The position numbers and the translations under genes are program-made. From contig JALDZX010000015.1 in the NCBI GenBank assembly GCA_022813865.1, positions 424,130 to 444,129 of the forward strand: 20,000 bases of DNA. The letters are read 5' to 3'. Positions 1 to 12,276 of this stretch are shown in pieces (within the stretch, counting starts at the first letter, position 1; each line of letters starts with the position of its first letter). A model generated the notes under the pieces. The model was not told the origin of the DNA. It searched no databases and saw only the letters and a list, made by a program, of their open reading frames with translations. The stretch comes from Xylographa opegraphella. Taxonomy: Eukaryota.

Positions 1-1
1 C

Positions 2-3000
2 TATCAGTGCGGCCTTGCACTGCTTTCCAGAAACTTTAAGTCAAGACTTCAGCAATCTTGGAGTTGCCTGCAAGATATATCAATTCTGGAATCTGTGATG
101 TTATGTGTACAGCAAAGCTGGCCATGCCTCTTAGTCGGTCCATCTGGCTCTGGAAAAACGTCTCTGATTCAACACGTTAGTGGCATGACTGGGGCTGATG
201 TTGTAGAGCTATCTCTCAATTCTGATATGGATACCATGGACCTTGTAGGCGGATATGAACAGATTGATATCCAACGTAAAATTTCATCCTTCCTCGAGAG
301 GCTTCGAAATGTGATAAAGGATGCCCTTGCGACTCAACTCCTTGACTCTGTTGATATTTCAGTTCTGTCCGAGATGATTCAGATGGAAACCAACGACCTG
401 GGGCTAATCTTGCAACTCTTAAACAAAAGCAAAGACGCCATAGGCACTGCAACAACGACAGAACTAGCTGAAGAGTGTCGTTTCTTGATCGAGCGGTCCT
501 CTGTCGATAATAGAGCTCGCTTTGAATGGATGGACGGTATATTAGTTAAAGCTCTAGAGAGTGGTCAGTGGCTTGTTCTTGATAACGCTAATCTCTGCAG
601 TTCTTCCGTACTCGATAGGTTAAATTCTCTTCTCGAACCTGGTGGCAGCCTAGCAGTCCACGAGCATCACCTGCACGATGGCTGTGCCAAGATCGTTCGG
701 CCTCATCCAAATTTCCGGCTCTTTCTTACAATGGATCCACGATACGGTGAATTGTCCCGTGCAATGCGGAATAGATGCATTGAAATTTTCCTTTGTACTG
801 AAGATCCGCAAGGTTCACAAGTGAACCTGAGTACTTTGATGTGCGATTCGAAGATGTTTCGTTACAATGTGTTCGATTCTTTTGATTGGAATAGTCTCGA
901 GAATGCTAGTGTCCGTGCACTAGCATTCGTCTGTGCATTTCATCTTACTCCTTTTGACATTTCTATATGTGACAGTTGGTTACACCAGGCTAAAGGAGGA
1001 CTCATAAGCATTCAGCCTAACAAGCTTGAGATTGTTAAATCGGCGTTCCATGTGGGCTTACGGCTCTCGAGCCAAAAGACAGCCGTATGTGCTGCTATTA
1101 CGCAGCTCTACGAAGGATTGTTGGCTGGAGATTCTTTTCCCGTGGATTTTGCTCATATTCAGGTCAGTCGCCAGATATCTGGGAGAGATATAAGGTTGCT
1201 TGAGGGTTTGGCTGATAGCTTTTATGTACACAAGACAATACATCCATTAAACAACTCGCACTTACTGTCTCTAAGGCCGCAAATATACCCTCGTCTTATG
1301 TATCTTGCAAGTCTCTTAGAAACTCTAGTGGACTTAGAAACCTTCAAGGTTGACCTCTCAACAGTCGAGTCGTCCTTGCACAAGAAATCGGCTTCTGAGT
1401 TGTCTCGATTAGAGAGATCGATGGCGTCTATACGCATCCTAGCCTTCTCAAAGGATCAGACACAGCCTGTAGCAAACTTTCTTAGCCATACTCGCTTGTG
1501 CTTGGCGGACTGGGTTGAGGAGCAGGCATCGAATGTCACTAATAACGAGGCGAGTAATTTCTTATGCGAGAAGGACTTTTACAACGCTAATAGCCACCAG
1601 ACTGACATTGGATTTCTCAAAGAATTTGTCTGCTATATTCGGGACGTCTTCGACGTTACCCAGTACAGCAAGCTTGACGATGGCTCTTTTACAACGTACC
1701 TCACAATTGGTAATGAGATCGTGGCTCACGCTGTCGAGCGTAAAACCGCTCATCGTCTAACAAGCACGATCAAAAAACTGCTTGACGTTTTCAAAGCCTC
1801 TTGGGAGTTGTCAAGCGGCTATGGTATGGAGAATTTGTGGAGAATGTTTGCGCCGCCTACAGCAACTAGCGAGCGTGAGCTCAATCTCGTTGTTCGGTTT
1901 GAGAACGTTGCAGGCCACTTCGACAGTATAGTGTGGCAATCTAAGCTACCATTAGACACGCTTGCGGAGTTGCGCGGCTCAATGATACAGCTGAAGCCTC
2001 TCGAGCAACAGGGTGATAAACATGTTGAACAAAGCCTGAAGGTAAGTCAAAGGCAGGTGTGGGTTTGACATGTCCTCTAAATGTGGACAGGCAATCGAGG
2101 AGGCTATGGGCAGTGCTGAAAATAGTCTGGCTTTATCTATCGCGCCAACCCACCCGTACTTCTACACTGAGTTTGAGGGCCTTCGTCAGTATCATGCTCT
2201 TAGTCAATCTCAGACGTCCCCGGAAAGCTCTTATAAGCTGGATCTCCTTTCGTGTCGTCCGTGTCGATACTCGATCTATTTCGGCGATCCTTCCCCAGGA
2301 AGTCGTGCATTAGCACAAATCCATGACCTAATTGGCAATCCATCGAACGAATCTGGTTTGATACCTCTGAGAAATGTCTTGCCAATATCAATGCTGGGAA
2401 AGCTGTATGTGTAGCCATACTAATCTTAAAGAATGTTATTGACCTCTACAGAATAAAAATTAACGAGGTTCCATTGAAATCACTTGATTTACTCTGCCAG
2501 GAAATTAAGCTACTAGCACAGAGTACAGCTCAGTCGTGCCATACAGTATCAAAGAATCAGTATCACAAACTGAACAGCTGTCTGGCTCAGATCATGGAGA
2601 AATTTGTTGATGCTCATACCACGAGCCTAGAGGGTCAATCGCTAAGTGCTTACCATGAGTTTCTGACTGCAATACAGGAGAACCCAATGACTAGCTTACA
2701 AAAACCGGTGATCGGAATACCAAAAGGCGCCCCTAAATCAGGGTCGGACGTACAGATGCAATTAATCTTCGACACATATATTATTCCCTCCATAAGTGCC
2801 TTACGAGAAGCTGCCAGCCAGGAGGTCCATTTAATCTCAACAGCGAGAGCCTGGATACTCTTCTTTACTGGAGTTCTTCGTGCATACATACCTGATCGAC
2901 CGTTTGACCCGGCTATGAAGTCAATGATAGAAAGTGATCGCTTCAAAAAACGGAGGACAGAGTTACAGACACGACTAGACGCCCTGATAATGTTTGAAAC

Positions 3001-6000
3001 TATATCGACAGGTGAAAACTCTAGCCCAAGGTGCGAGGCGGTGCGGCAGGAGCTACAAGCTCTTGGGGGTCAACCTGAAGCCTCCACAATCCTCAGGCCG
3101 GCTATTACAGAGCTTCCTCAGCTACAGGGCGAATTCACAAACCTCCTCAGCTCGATCATCCGAAAATCCCCTAGCATCGAGGACTTAAAAACGTTGGTAA
3201 AGCGTGACTCAGCCTCCATACGAGAATTGAATCTATTAAGAAAAAATATAGCACAGGTCATCCATCGACTGTCAGAAAATTTCAGGTCGTATGATGATAT
3301 CACAAAGCCTGTTATATGGATGCTAGAAGGCCTAGACATCGGACTGAGTCTTGCACTTATGGTAACCAAGAAGCATGAGGAAGGTGATAACCTCGTACAG
3401 CGAATCTCTGAGTGTATTCCTTTCCTAGGCCTCCGTCCATGTTATATCAATCGGGTACTCGATTATGTCGAAACCGAACGCATCCAAGATACGTTACGAA
3501 TGTCACGATTGAAGCTTGGTAGTATTCGGCGACAGGTCCTCGGCCGTAATCAGCATGAAGTATGTCGAAGCACACTTGGGAGCTTTCAGTCCTATTACGA
3601 AGACTGGAAGCGCCGGTTGACAAAGGAGCAGAACAAATACTCGTCCAAGGTATCTCTATACCGTTATCGTGGAGCTGATGAAGAGAATGAAGATGCAAAT
3701 GATGAGGAATTTGCTACTCTATTTCCAAGTTATGACTTGTCCCAACGTGAAACCATTGCAAACGACGGAGCTAAACCAAATGACGAGCAGGTTTTGGCGC
3801 AGCGGCTTGCTGAGGTTCATCAAGATTTCTTTACAAGCAACTCCAGTACAGTCAGTCAGATGCTCGCAATGGTTTCCAGAGCCACAAGTGACATGGTAGC
3901 GTCATGGAAGGATACTGGGAGCACATCTATATTTCCGATCACTCCTGAAGAGATGTTACCGGGGCTTATCGTGTCATTACATAAAACTTCTGAAGAACTA
4001 CTACAACCGACACCATCTGGTCCTGGATACAACTTTTATGTTGACGCCAACTTGCCAGAAGTACGCCGATTGATCGCTCTCCTCGGACGGATTCGGGAAA
4101 GATTCAAGAGCATACAAGATCAATGGCCTGAGCATGCCACTCTAGAAGACGTACTTCGGACTTGCGAGTCATTGCTCGAGTTCAGACATGTTGAACCTAT
4201 CGCGAAGATTATAACGAAGTGTGAACAGCTGTATACTTTCATACACGAATGGCAGGTAGTAGCAAGTCGAGAGTTCAGCGCCACTGCCTTATATAATGAA
4301 TTCACAGATCTACTAATCAGCTGGCGCCGCCTTGAGTTATCGACCTGGGCTGGCTTACTAGATATGGAGGATACGAACTGTATCAAAGATGCCAAAGGGT
4401 GGTGGTTCCTAGCCTACGAATCGATCATTGCAGCGTCTCTTACATCAGCATCTTCTGGTGGGAATATTTCTGAACATTCGCAGCAGCTTATTGCCACTCT
4501 CGAAAATTTCATGCGGGAGACCTCTGTCGGTCAATACTCCGAGAGGATACAATTGATAGAAACATTCCGAGACCATATCGGCATGCTCGCTATTGAGCTC
4601 CCGTCTCTTGGCGTTGTGAGGAATTCTCTCACCAACTTTCTCTCTTTTTACATTCGATTCCGAGCTCTCATCCACGAAAACATCCTTAATGGACGCAAGG
4701 TTTTTGAGAAAGATATGAAAGAGATAATCTTGCTTGCAAGCTGGAAGGATACGAACATAACAGCACTGCGAGAAAGCGCGAAGAGGTCACATCACAAGCT
4801 CTTCAAAGTTATCCGGAAACATCGAGCTTTGCTGTCACAGCCAGCCGATGTCATCATCAAGCAGGGGATTCCAGCGTCATCAATGAAGTCGATAGTACAT
4901 CACAACTCTTTTGATTGGGAGCCATTAAATGTAGATCCAGCAGCAGTTGAAACATGCCGCCAATGTCTACCACAATGGGACCAGAAACCCAGCAGACTTG
5001 TCAAGCCGATGGACACTGTGCTGATTATGGGTCGATTAGCAGCAGAACCGACATCGATTTTTGACTACTCTCTATACATTGACTCTTTCTCGACTAACCT
5101 AACAGACACTATCAAAATTCTACAAAAAGAGACGCCTTCGCAACTTAATACCGAGAATAAAGATTTGGTGAAGCATCTGAAGTCTAGGAAACGCAAAGTC
5201 TTTGCAGACACCCTTAAAGAGATCCGAGATATGGGATTTAATTCCAATCCTGGTTTGGACATCCTTGCCAATCAGATATCCTTGCCCGTGATCCTGAGTT
5301 CAACATCTGCGTTACAAAGCAGAGAATTTCCAAATGAAATCGGAAGAGCGGAATACTACTTTCACAAAACGCTTGAAAACATAATCGAGGTTCGGAAATC
5401 TGCGAGGCAACATTCTGAGGATCTCGGTCCCAGCGAGACATCGCGGAGTGTCGGATATTTAGAAAGCATTACCTCTGTCCTGCTTAGACAGAGAGCTTCC
5501 CTAGCTCCTTCTCTGTCTCAACTACAGGGCTTCCAACGCACGATTGAGAAAATACAGAGCTTGTGGGCGCCCAGTCGTTACTCATTGCAGATGCAAAAGA
5601 GCCCAGGTACACAGCTGATATTGTCACTTGAATGTTGTATTAAGTGGCTTCCAGCGATCATCGAGGTCGGTGTAATTATTGTTAAGCGACACAATAGTCT
5701 CAGTGGCATCGACACCGTCACGGTATTGACTACTTTGAGTTTGTGGAAAGAGAAATATACAGTTCTTGCCAGTAGATTTGATCGACTTCCGAGCTTGCCC
5801 CCAGGGGTCTCATCTTCGTTACATGCAGGGCTTTTACAAGACTCAGAAACTGCGATTGATGAGTTCTCCAGAGAAATGCACACCCTCAAATCGCAAGCGC
5901 CTTTGATAGGCTTCGCAATAGATCAAATACTAATTTGGACAAACACGGATGGTCTTGCTGAACATAAGACTACGAATGGTGTGTATTCTGCATCCTTGGC

Positions 6001-8902
6001 GAACATAGACCAAGCAGTCTCGACCTTAGTTGATACAATCCTTGTGGGCGTGCAACATCTACAGGAGACACTAACAACACTCCCAAATTCCTATGAAGCA
6101 AGAGCATGGGTTCTTCTTGCTGATTCAAGTCGCGACAGAGGTCTCAAATTCCTGCATATTACTGAATTGACCACCAAAATTGATCATGCGTTATCTCAAC
6201 TTCAATATCTTTCCCAAACAGATTTACAAGATTTGAGAGGGGCTACAGCTTTGTTCCATATCGCTCTTCCAATTATGAAGCAGTATGGAGCTATTTATAG
6301 TAATATACTTCGACGGCATTTGGAATTCCATGCTTCATTGTGCAGGATGGCGTGTATTCTGAGTGCATCTTTCAGACAGATTTTAGTGCAGGGATTCTGT
6401 AGCCCTGTAGAAAAGTCTGCTGCTGAAGAGGGCCGAACTGAGAAGCTCGAAGCAGGAACTGGTTTGGGCGAAGGTGAGGGTGCTGAAGATATCAGCAAAG
6501 ATATAAAAGATGATGAAGATCTTTCGGAATTGGCGCAGGAAAGCCGAAAGGATAAGGGCGAAGAAGAAATTGAGGATGAAAAGGATGCGGTGAATATGGA
6601 TCAAGATGAGCTGGAGGGAGAGATGGGGGAACCGGGAGAGAACGAAGAAGAAGATGGCAGTGATGCAGAAAGTGAAGCCTCAGAGGGTGAGATAGACGAA
6701 GAAGCTGGAGAAGTTGATGACCTTGACCCGTCCGCACTAGACGAAAAGCTCTGGGATGGGTCAGGAGAGAACGCAGAGAGAGAGAAAGAAGGCGATCAGT
6801 CAAAAGGAAGAAAAGAAAACGAAATCGCTGCTCAAGACTCTGCACTAGGCCAGGACGATGCTGAGGATGAAGAAGGCGAAGACATTGATGAGACTGGTGC
6901 TGATGAGGGTGAAGACGTGAGACAAGAAGACGTTGAGAAAACAGATCCACATCTGCAAGAAGGGCAGAAACTAGATCTCCCCGATGAGATGGATCTAGGT
7001 GAAGAGGCCCAATCAATCACAGACTCCGATGACGAAGGCATGAGAGATCTGTCCGATGTCGAGCAGGATAGACTTAGTGAGAAAGATGAAGAAGACGATC
7101 AATCTGGTTCCAAAGAAGCGGAACTTTCAGACGTCGACATGGAGAATGACCAATCACAGCAAGAAGATTTTGACGACGCCCAGAAGACCGAAGAAGCCGC
7201 TTCGCCAGTGGATACAGAGCCCGAAGATGAAGGAGAAGTGGATGATCAGGGTCTGCTTCGTGATCGTGCTGAAAAAGAAGCTGTCGACGTTGAGAATGTT
7301 GCTCCAAGTGATGTGCAAGGTATCGGCGAGAGTGGCGACTCGCAGAATGATGCGAAATCTCAACCTGAGAACACAGCATCAAGTGACAGACCGGCAGACT
7401 CAAGCACCGCCTTGAATGACAATTCTCAAGCCGAGGCTGAAGAAGGAGAATCCGGACCAGCAGAAGGCACTACGGGGACTAACGACGCACCCCAAAACTC
7501 AGCACAAGATGGTGGTGAAGTCGAGGCGTTCAGAAAACTTGGAGATGCACTCGAGAAGTGGCACCGTCAGAGCAAACGTATCAATCAGTCCTCTGCGAAC
7601 GATAAACGTAATCAACCAATACCTACGGAAGTTGATGGTGCTGAGCAGGACTTCGAACATTTGCCAGATGAAGACGCAGAAGCTGACACACAAGCACTTG
7701 GAGCGGCGACAGAGGATCAAGCGCTGGCTCTTGATAAAAGAGCTTTAGATGCTGAAATGCAGGATCAGCCAGCAGATTTTTTGCCAGATGAGGCTCCTGT
7801 AGAGGACCTCGATGAGGATCAAGCAATGGATGATGTCAATTCCGCATTTCCGGATTCACCAGACCTGGATCAGTCGCTCCGGTCAAGTGCAACCATTGGT
7901 GCGAAGGCTAATCAGCAAGATCCTCGAATCCAAGAACACTATAATGAAGCTCAGAATGAACAAGATATAGAAAACCTTGACAATGATCTATCGACAGTTC
8001 ATCTAACGTCCCAAGCTGGCACATTGTCGAGATCGCCCGATGAAGCTCGACGCCTTTGGTCTCATTACGAGGGCTTGACTCGTGACCTTGCTTTTACTCT
8101 GACAGAACAGCTCCGCCTCATATTGGCTCCTACACTTGCAACCAAGATGCGCGGCGACTTTAGAACCGGAAAACGCCTCAACATCAAAAGGATCATACCC
8201 TATATCGCATCACAATACAAGCGTGACAAAATCTGGATGCGACGCTCTGTTCCCTCAAAACGTAATTACCAGATCATGCTCGCCGTTGACGACAGTAGCT
8301 CCATGGGTGAGAGTGGAAGCGGGCCGCTTGCTTTCGAGACTCTTGCTCTTGTCAGTAAGAGTCTGAGTATGTTGGAAGTCGGGCAGATCTCTATTGTAGG
8401 CTTTGGTAATGATGTCCATGTTGCTCACGAATTCGATCAGACGTTCTCGTCTGAGGCTGGTGTGCAAACATTCCAGCAGTTCACCTTTCAGCAGACGAAC
8501 ACCAATGTCAGAAGACTAATCGCGCGGTCCATCGAACTGTTTCGCGACGCAAGGATCAAGTCTGCAAACAGCGGAGCTGATCTATGGCAGCTGGAGCTAA
8601 TCATCAGTGACGGGGTATGCGAAGATCACGAATCCATCAAACGGCTGGTCAGGCAAGCACAGGAGGAGAGGATCATGATCGTGTTCGTGATCGTGGACTC
8701 TATGAAGGGGGAGTCTATAATGGACATGACACAAGCGACATTCGAGCCTGATGAGGGTGGCGAGACGAGTCTGAAGATCAAGCGATATCTAGACGACTTT
8801 CCATTTGGATGTTATCTGATTGTGGGAAATGTGAAAGAGCTACCTGGCGTATTAGCAACAGCGCTAAGGCAATGGTTTGCGGAAGTGATGGAATCAGAAT
8901 AG
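2..8902 (+). CDS. MDN1: Midasin / Rea1 AAA+ ATPase (pre-60S ribosome maturation), 5'-truncated. Predicted exons 2-1162, 1235-1549, 1601-2041, 2091-2404, 2452-8902 (~2893 aa in window)
   Basis: Frame is open from the window start. Last AAA module has Walker A LLVGPSGSGKT, Walker B WLVLDNANL and DRLNSLLE/HPNFRLFLTMDP/ELSRAMRNR. A long linker and D/E-rich region (~6420-8000) precede a C-terminal MIDAS/VWA domain (IMLAVDDSSSM, IISDG). Predicted splicing joins the three track ORFs in frame (8682 nt). Confidence 0.97.
1163..1234 (+). other. Predicted 72-nt in-frame, stop-free intron of MDN1
   Basis: Donor CAG|GTCAGT, branch-like GCTGAT at 1211-1216, acceptor CAAG at 1234; phase 0; removal gives ...HIQ|TIHPLNN. 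Confidence 0.65.
1550..1600 (+). other. Predicted 51-nt GC-AG intron of MDN1 (in-frame, stop-free)
   Basis: Donor GAG|GCGAGT, branch GCTAAT at 1586-1591, acceptor CCAG at 1600; phase 0. Confidence 0.65.
2042..2090 (+). other. MDN1 intron (49 nt)
   Basis: AAG|GTAAGT ... GACAG; joins ORF 95-2068 to ORF 2070-2414 in frame. Confidence 0.9.
2405..2451 (+). other. MDN1 intron (47 nt)
   Basis: GTATGT ... ATTGAC ... TACAG; phase 2; joins in frame to the 2474-8902 ORF. Confidence 0.9.
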
Positions 8903-9115
8903 GAGCCGAAAAGTGCTTCTCGATTTGAACTGCGGCTGGTTTTCATAGCGGGAGAATCTGGGTGAGAGCGCAAAAGTATTCCTCAAATTTGTAGCAGGGT
9001 TGGAAACTAGGTGAGAGCCAACGATGAATTCCAGATTGGGACTGCTGCGGACTTGTCTAGCGTATATTTATGATTTCGCTTGCGGAGCAGACTGAATTGA
9101 AAGTGAGCAGGCACC

Positions 9116-9122
9116 TATATAT
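9116..9122 (+). promoter_or_regulatory. Putative TATA element upstream of the 280-aa ORF
   Basis: TATATAT ~135 nt before the ATG at 9256, followed by pyrimidine-rich tracts typical of fungal core promoters. Confidence 0.35.
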
Positions 9123-9255
9123 GACACGATGATTCCCTCCAATCTCTTACCTTTCCTCATTGCACTGCTGATCAAGAAGTCCACTTACACTTTTACTTCT
9201 TTTTTGATTACCCATACTTCATATCCTTCACCACACCGCCAGGACACCTGCCACT

Positions 9256-10098
9256 ATGGATCAAAACAACAATAACCGCTTCGACGATGTCAATGTCAAC
9301 GTCTACCGTGACGCTGACAGCAAAACAAAGGACTTCGGTGCACGCCCTTGCCCTCTTGCCCCTTGGGCCAACAGCTCCCACCTCCCCTACACTCCGGCTT
9401 CTCACCCACCGAGTCCGAACCCAAAGGGCGCCGTCGGAGCCTGCGAAGCAGCACAGTCAGCGGCCCGCAGCTCAAACAAGCGTACTCGTTCCCCGGCAAC
9501 CCTGCAACGGCTCCGCATCCACGCAACCCGGAGATCCGAGCTCGCTGTACCCCGGAGGACTGCCTCCAGCTCGAACGTGCCTGCCAGCGGTAGCTCCTTG
9601 CCCGCGGAGGGAGTCACAACCGAAGGACCCGACCCGCAACTATTTGAGTCTCGTGAAGCCGGCGTCCGGCTTATTGGCGTAGGCTTGCAACCCTTCGCAG
9701 CAGGAACGATACATGCTGGCGTGGTTTCCCTGGGGGAGGAGACCTGTCCCGACTATCTCGACGGGATGGTCGACTGGATGGTCGACTGGATGCGCAGCTA
9801 TGTGCGGGAGAGAAACTTGGACAGGAGCCGGTGTGCGAGTTCTGTGGTTCGTGCCGCTGCTGCTATGGGGATTGTGGTCACGCCTCCGAGACCATGTTCG
9901 CTGGCTTTCGCTCCTGCGCAGTGGCCGTGTAACAACGAGCGCGTGAGGCGGCCTCCGATGGGGAATGCCGATGCTGTTTTGGGAATGTTCCTGCGGTCGC
10001 GTCCGCGTGTGCAAAGGGATAGGGGACAGCTGAGGAACAAAGCTGTGGCGCGGCGGGCGATGGTGCAGATGTTGAGGGACCGGCATCGCCGTCCCTGA
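9256..10098 (+). CDS. Hypothetical protein, 280 aa, Pro/Ser/Arg/Ala-rich, no family recognised
   Basis: 843-nt ATG-to-TGA ORF with good start context (ACTATGG) and upstream TATA/CT-rich tract; fills the gap between MDN1 and the PRCC gene. High GC makes a chance ORF possible. Confidence 0.55.
   Translation: MDQNNNNRFDDVNVNVYRDADSKTKDFGARPCPLAPWANSSHLPYTPASHPPSPNPKGAVGACEAAQSAARSSNKRTRSPATLQRLRIHATRRSELAVPRRTASSSNVPASGSSLPAEGVTTEGPDPQLFESREAGVRLIGVGLQPFAAGTIHAGVVSLGEETCPDYLDGMVDWMVDWMRSYVRERNLDRSRCASSVVRAAAAMGIVVTPPRPCSLAFAPAQWPCNNERVRRPPMGNADAVLGMFLRSRPRVQRDRGQLRNKAVARRAMVQMLRDRHRRP
9764..9792 (+). repeat. 12-bp tandem duplication (GGATGGTCGACT x2.4)
   Basis: Exact repeat, frame-preserving, encodes MVDW-MVDW-M in the 280-aa ORF. 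Confidence 0.9.
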
Positions 10099-10434
10099 GG
10101 CGTGGAGGGAGTGAGTGGAGGGCTGGGCGATGGATGATATTCATACGATTTTGGCACGCAGTTCACGGATTCAGGCGTCCGGTTCTGGGTAAGTGAGGCT
10201 TCAATGGCTCGTCCTTCTTGAATTCTTGTAGACTTTGACTTACGCTTAGTCTTTAATGTATATTCTAATGTACGCCACTTCAAATTATCATTGATGTAAA
10301 AACTCGTGGACTTGGTATCATTGATGTATGACTATGCATACATGCATGACAGGCCGAACACTCTTTGGTAAATTCGAGAAGCAATGCTTCGGTATCAAGT
10401 GTCAAGACCTACGCAGCAGCCATGAGACATGCCT

Positions 10435-11613
10435 CTACCACCCATATTTACTTCCCGCTTCTTTCTTATTCCGCCTCCCGCTGGCAAAATGTTCCTCAAG
10501 TGCCTCCTTCTGGGTACTTGCTGCATTGATCAACTGCTTCAGGCTGTGCTTACCAGCAGCCAGTGCTCGGACTGGGTTGTGCTGGACCTGCTCGCCGGCC
10601 TGACGGAGGAGCTCGTTGGCAGCGTATTCTTGATCGGTGTTGAAGTTCACTACATTAATGGCTGAGGCTTCGCCTTTGCCATTACTTCGTTGGCGACCGA
10701 AAAGCTGGCGCCTAGCAGAGGCCGAGAGGTTGAGGTCAGAAGCTATCGATGAGAGAGACTGGGGCCCTGTGTTCGCTGAAGCTGTAGAGGCGGTATCAAC
10801 AGTGATGTTTTCTGATACATTCGTAGAACCGCCTCCGCTATTGTCGTTGTTCAATGCGCTACCGTGGTGGTTTGTGCTTGGTGGTTGATACAATAGCGGC
10901 TCATATTCACCACTCGGTACTCCAGGAGATATATCCTCCTTTTCTGCAACTCCTATTGAGAAAAGCGATAGCTTCGGAACGGCTTGAGGTTGCGGTGGAG
11001 GCTCAGGTGTTGCCGCGGATGGGACGACCTGTGCATTAGCAGTAACCTTTTTCTTCTTCTGCGGCTTCCTGGCGACGGAGAGGGGCTTGAACATCATAGA
11101 ATTTCCTATTTTCTTTGACTCCTGTGTTGGTGGGTCTAATGATCTTGCTGTAGCGGAAGTTAGTTGAGGATCTGGTAGTGCAAGCCCTTCGCCCTCATTC
11201 GTTTCGTCCTCGTCGTGCGCCTCTGGGGTCGGCATTGGCTCCCTGCTAAATCCAGGTGTTGCACCCGTTTTGAGGTTGACTCCACTTCCCAATCCACCTT
11301 TTCTGGCTCCAGTACCACTGCCGCCACTGACAGGTGCTGCCCGTTTCGGCGCCGGAAGCATCGAGTTGAATCCACTGATTCCTCCGGCGCCAAGCTTGGC
11401 TCTTTTAGCAGGCGGCTTATCCTCATCATGATCCTCTTCGGTATCCATTCTTGAAGCTTCTGGTAGGGTGACTTTGATCTTGTGTGGATTCGAGCGATCA
11501 ATGACTTTTGGAAAGGCGGGTTTACTGGATGTGCCTGCTTTGGGGGCTGGTTTTGAGACCGGCTTTATCTCTTCACCCGAGTCCTCCGAATCTGAATAGC
11601 CTACAAGAGCCAT
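10435..11613 (-). CDS. PRCC-family protein (mitotic checkpoint regulator, MAD2B-interacting; splicing-associated), 392 aa
   Basis: N-terminal MALVGYSDSE, Pro-rich low-complexity middle, C-terminal KHSLKQLINAA...EALEEHFASGRRNKKEAGSKYGW typical of the PRCC family; single exon. Confidence 0.88.
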   Translation of the reverse strand: MALVGYSDSEDSGEEIKPVSKPAPKAGTSSKPAFPKVIDRSNPHKIKVTLPEASRMDTEEDHDEDKPPAKRAKLGAGGISGFNSMLPAPKRAAPVSGGSGTGARKGGLGSGVNLKTGATPGFSREPMPTPEAHDEDETNEGEGLALPDPQLTSATARSLDPPTQESKKIGNSMMFKPLSVARKPQKKKKVTANAQVVPSAATPEPPPQPQAVPKLSLFSIGVAEKEDISPGVPSGEYEPLLYQPPSTNHHGSALNNDNSGGGSTNVSENITVDTASTASANTGPQSLSSIASDLNLSASARRQLFGRQRSNGKGEASAINVVNFNTDQEYAANELLRQAGEQVQHNPVRALAAGKHSLKQLINAASTQKEALEEHFASGRRNKKEAGSKYGW

Positions 11614-11656
11614 TTCCGGGAATGATGTGACGGTCAGGAGCAGTTTCTACCGTGCG

Positions 11657-11726
11657 AAGTCTGAGCTCAGACTTTCGTAACTAACATTACGAAGTAGATG
11701 TATCACACGCGTTAAACGTCTAACGC
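11657..11726. promoter_or_regulatory. Cluster of three inverted repeats plus an MCB-like ACGCGT in the divergent PRCC / PARN-like intergenic region
   Basis: 18-bp perfect palindrome AAGTCTGAGCTCAGACTT (11657-11674); TTCGTAA/TTACGAA (11674-11693); GCGTTA/TAACGC (11709-11726); ACGCGT at 11707-11712. The repeats are certain, their function is not. Confidence 0.45.
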
Positions 11727-12276
11727 CCCCAGTAGTTCCGCCTATCCTGACATCACTTAAACGGCCAACAGCTAGTCTCGCTTCCAGAGGTCAAGACTGG
11801 CGTGTCGCTACGTTCATGCATTCTGAGATATACCCTGCTACACGCAACTCCAAATGGGCTGGATACAGCAAACCGGAGCTGCAAACGGCAAACTACCCAG
11901 TATCACTGGTTACCAGCGATAAGGTACAAGAGCTGTGGCCTCTCCGGTTAAGCGGATACGGTCACCACCGGATTCATAATCACTCAGGAGCTGTTGTTAC
12001 ATTGACGAAGCACTCCAGTCCGCAACTGCGATGCTGCATTCCTCAACACTTCCATTCTGCTCTCTGTATAGACTGGTGTGAGGTCGGTTTCGTCTAGAAA
12101 CAGTTTCATCTTACATAAGTGTCATCTCCATACTCACTGATGTTGCCAAAACTTCCCAAATGGTCCGACAAATACCTCGTCTTGCACCATGACTCCTGAA
12201 AGTGTCTCCAGCTAAATACCTTTCTATATCTGGTCGTCATAAAGATCTCGAACTTTTCATCTTGTCTCTCAGCGTC

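Noticed and set aside
95..2476. Three separate genes or a frameshifted MDN1 pseudogene (ORF starts at 95, 2070, 2474)
   Set aside because: The breaks are fully explained by canonical introns; the track's start codons are not real initiation sites
6295..7826. Numerous antisense and alternate-frame ORFs (e.g. 6492-7016)
   Set aside because: Shadow ORFs produced by the GAA/GAT-rich acidic domain of midasin
9640..10283. Minus-strand ORFs (148 and 161 aa) over the orphan gene
   Set aside because: Shorter than the + ORF, in GC-rich sequence, and lacking promoter-like context
11816..12097. 93-aa ORF in the PRCC / PARN-like intergenic region
   Set aside because: No recognisable motif; length is within chance range; could at most be a uORF
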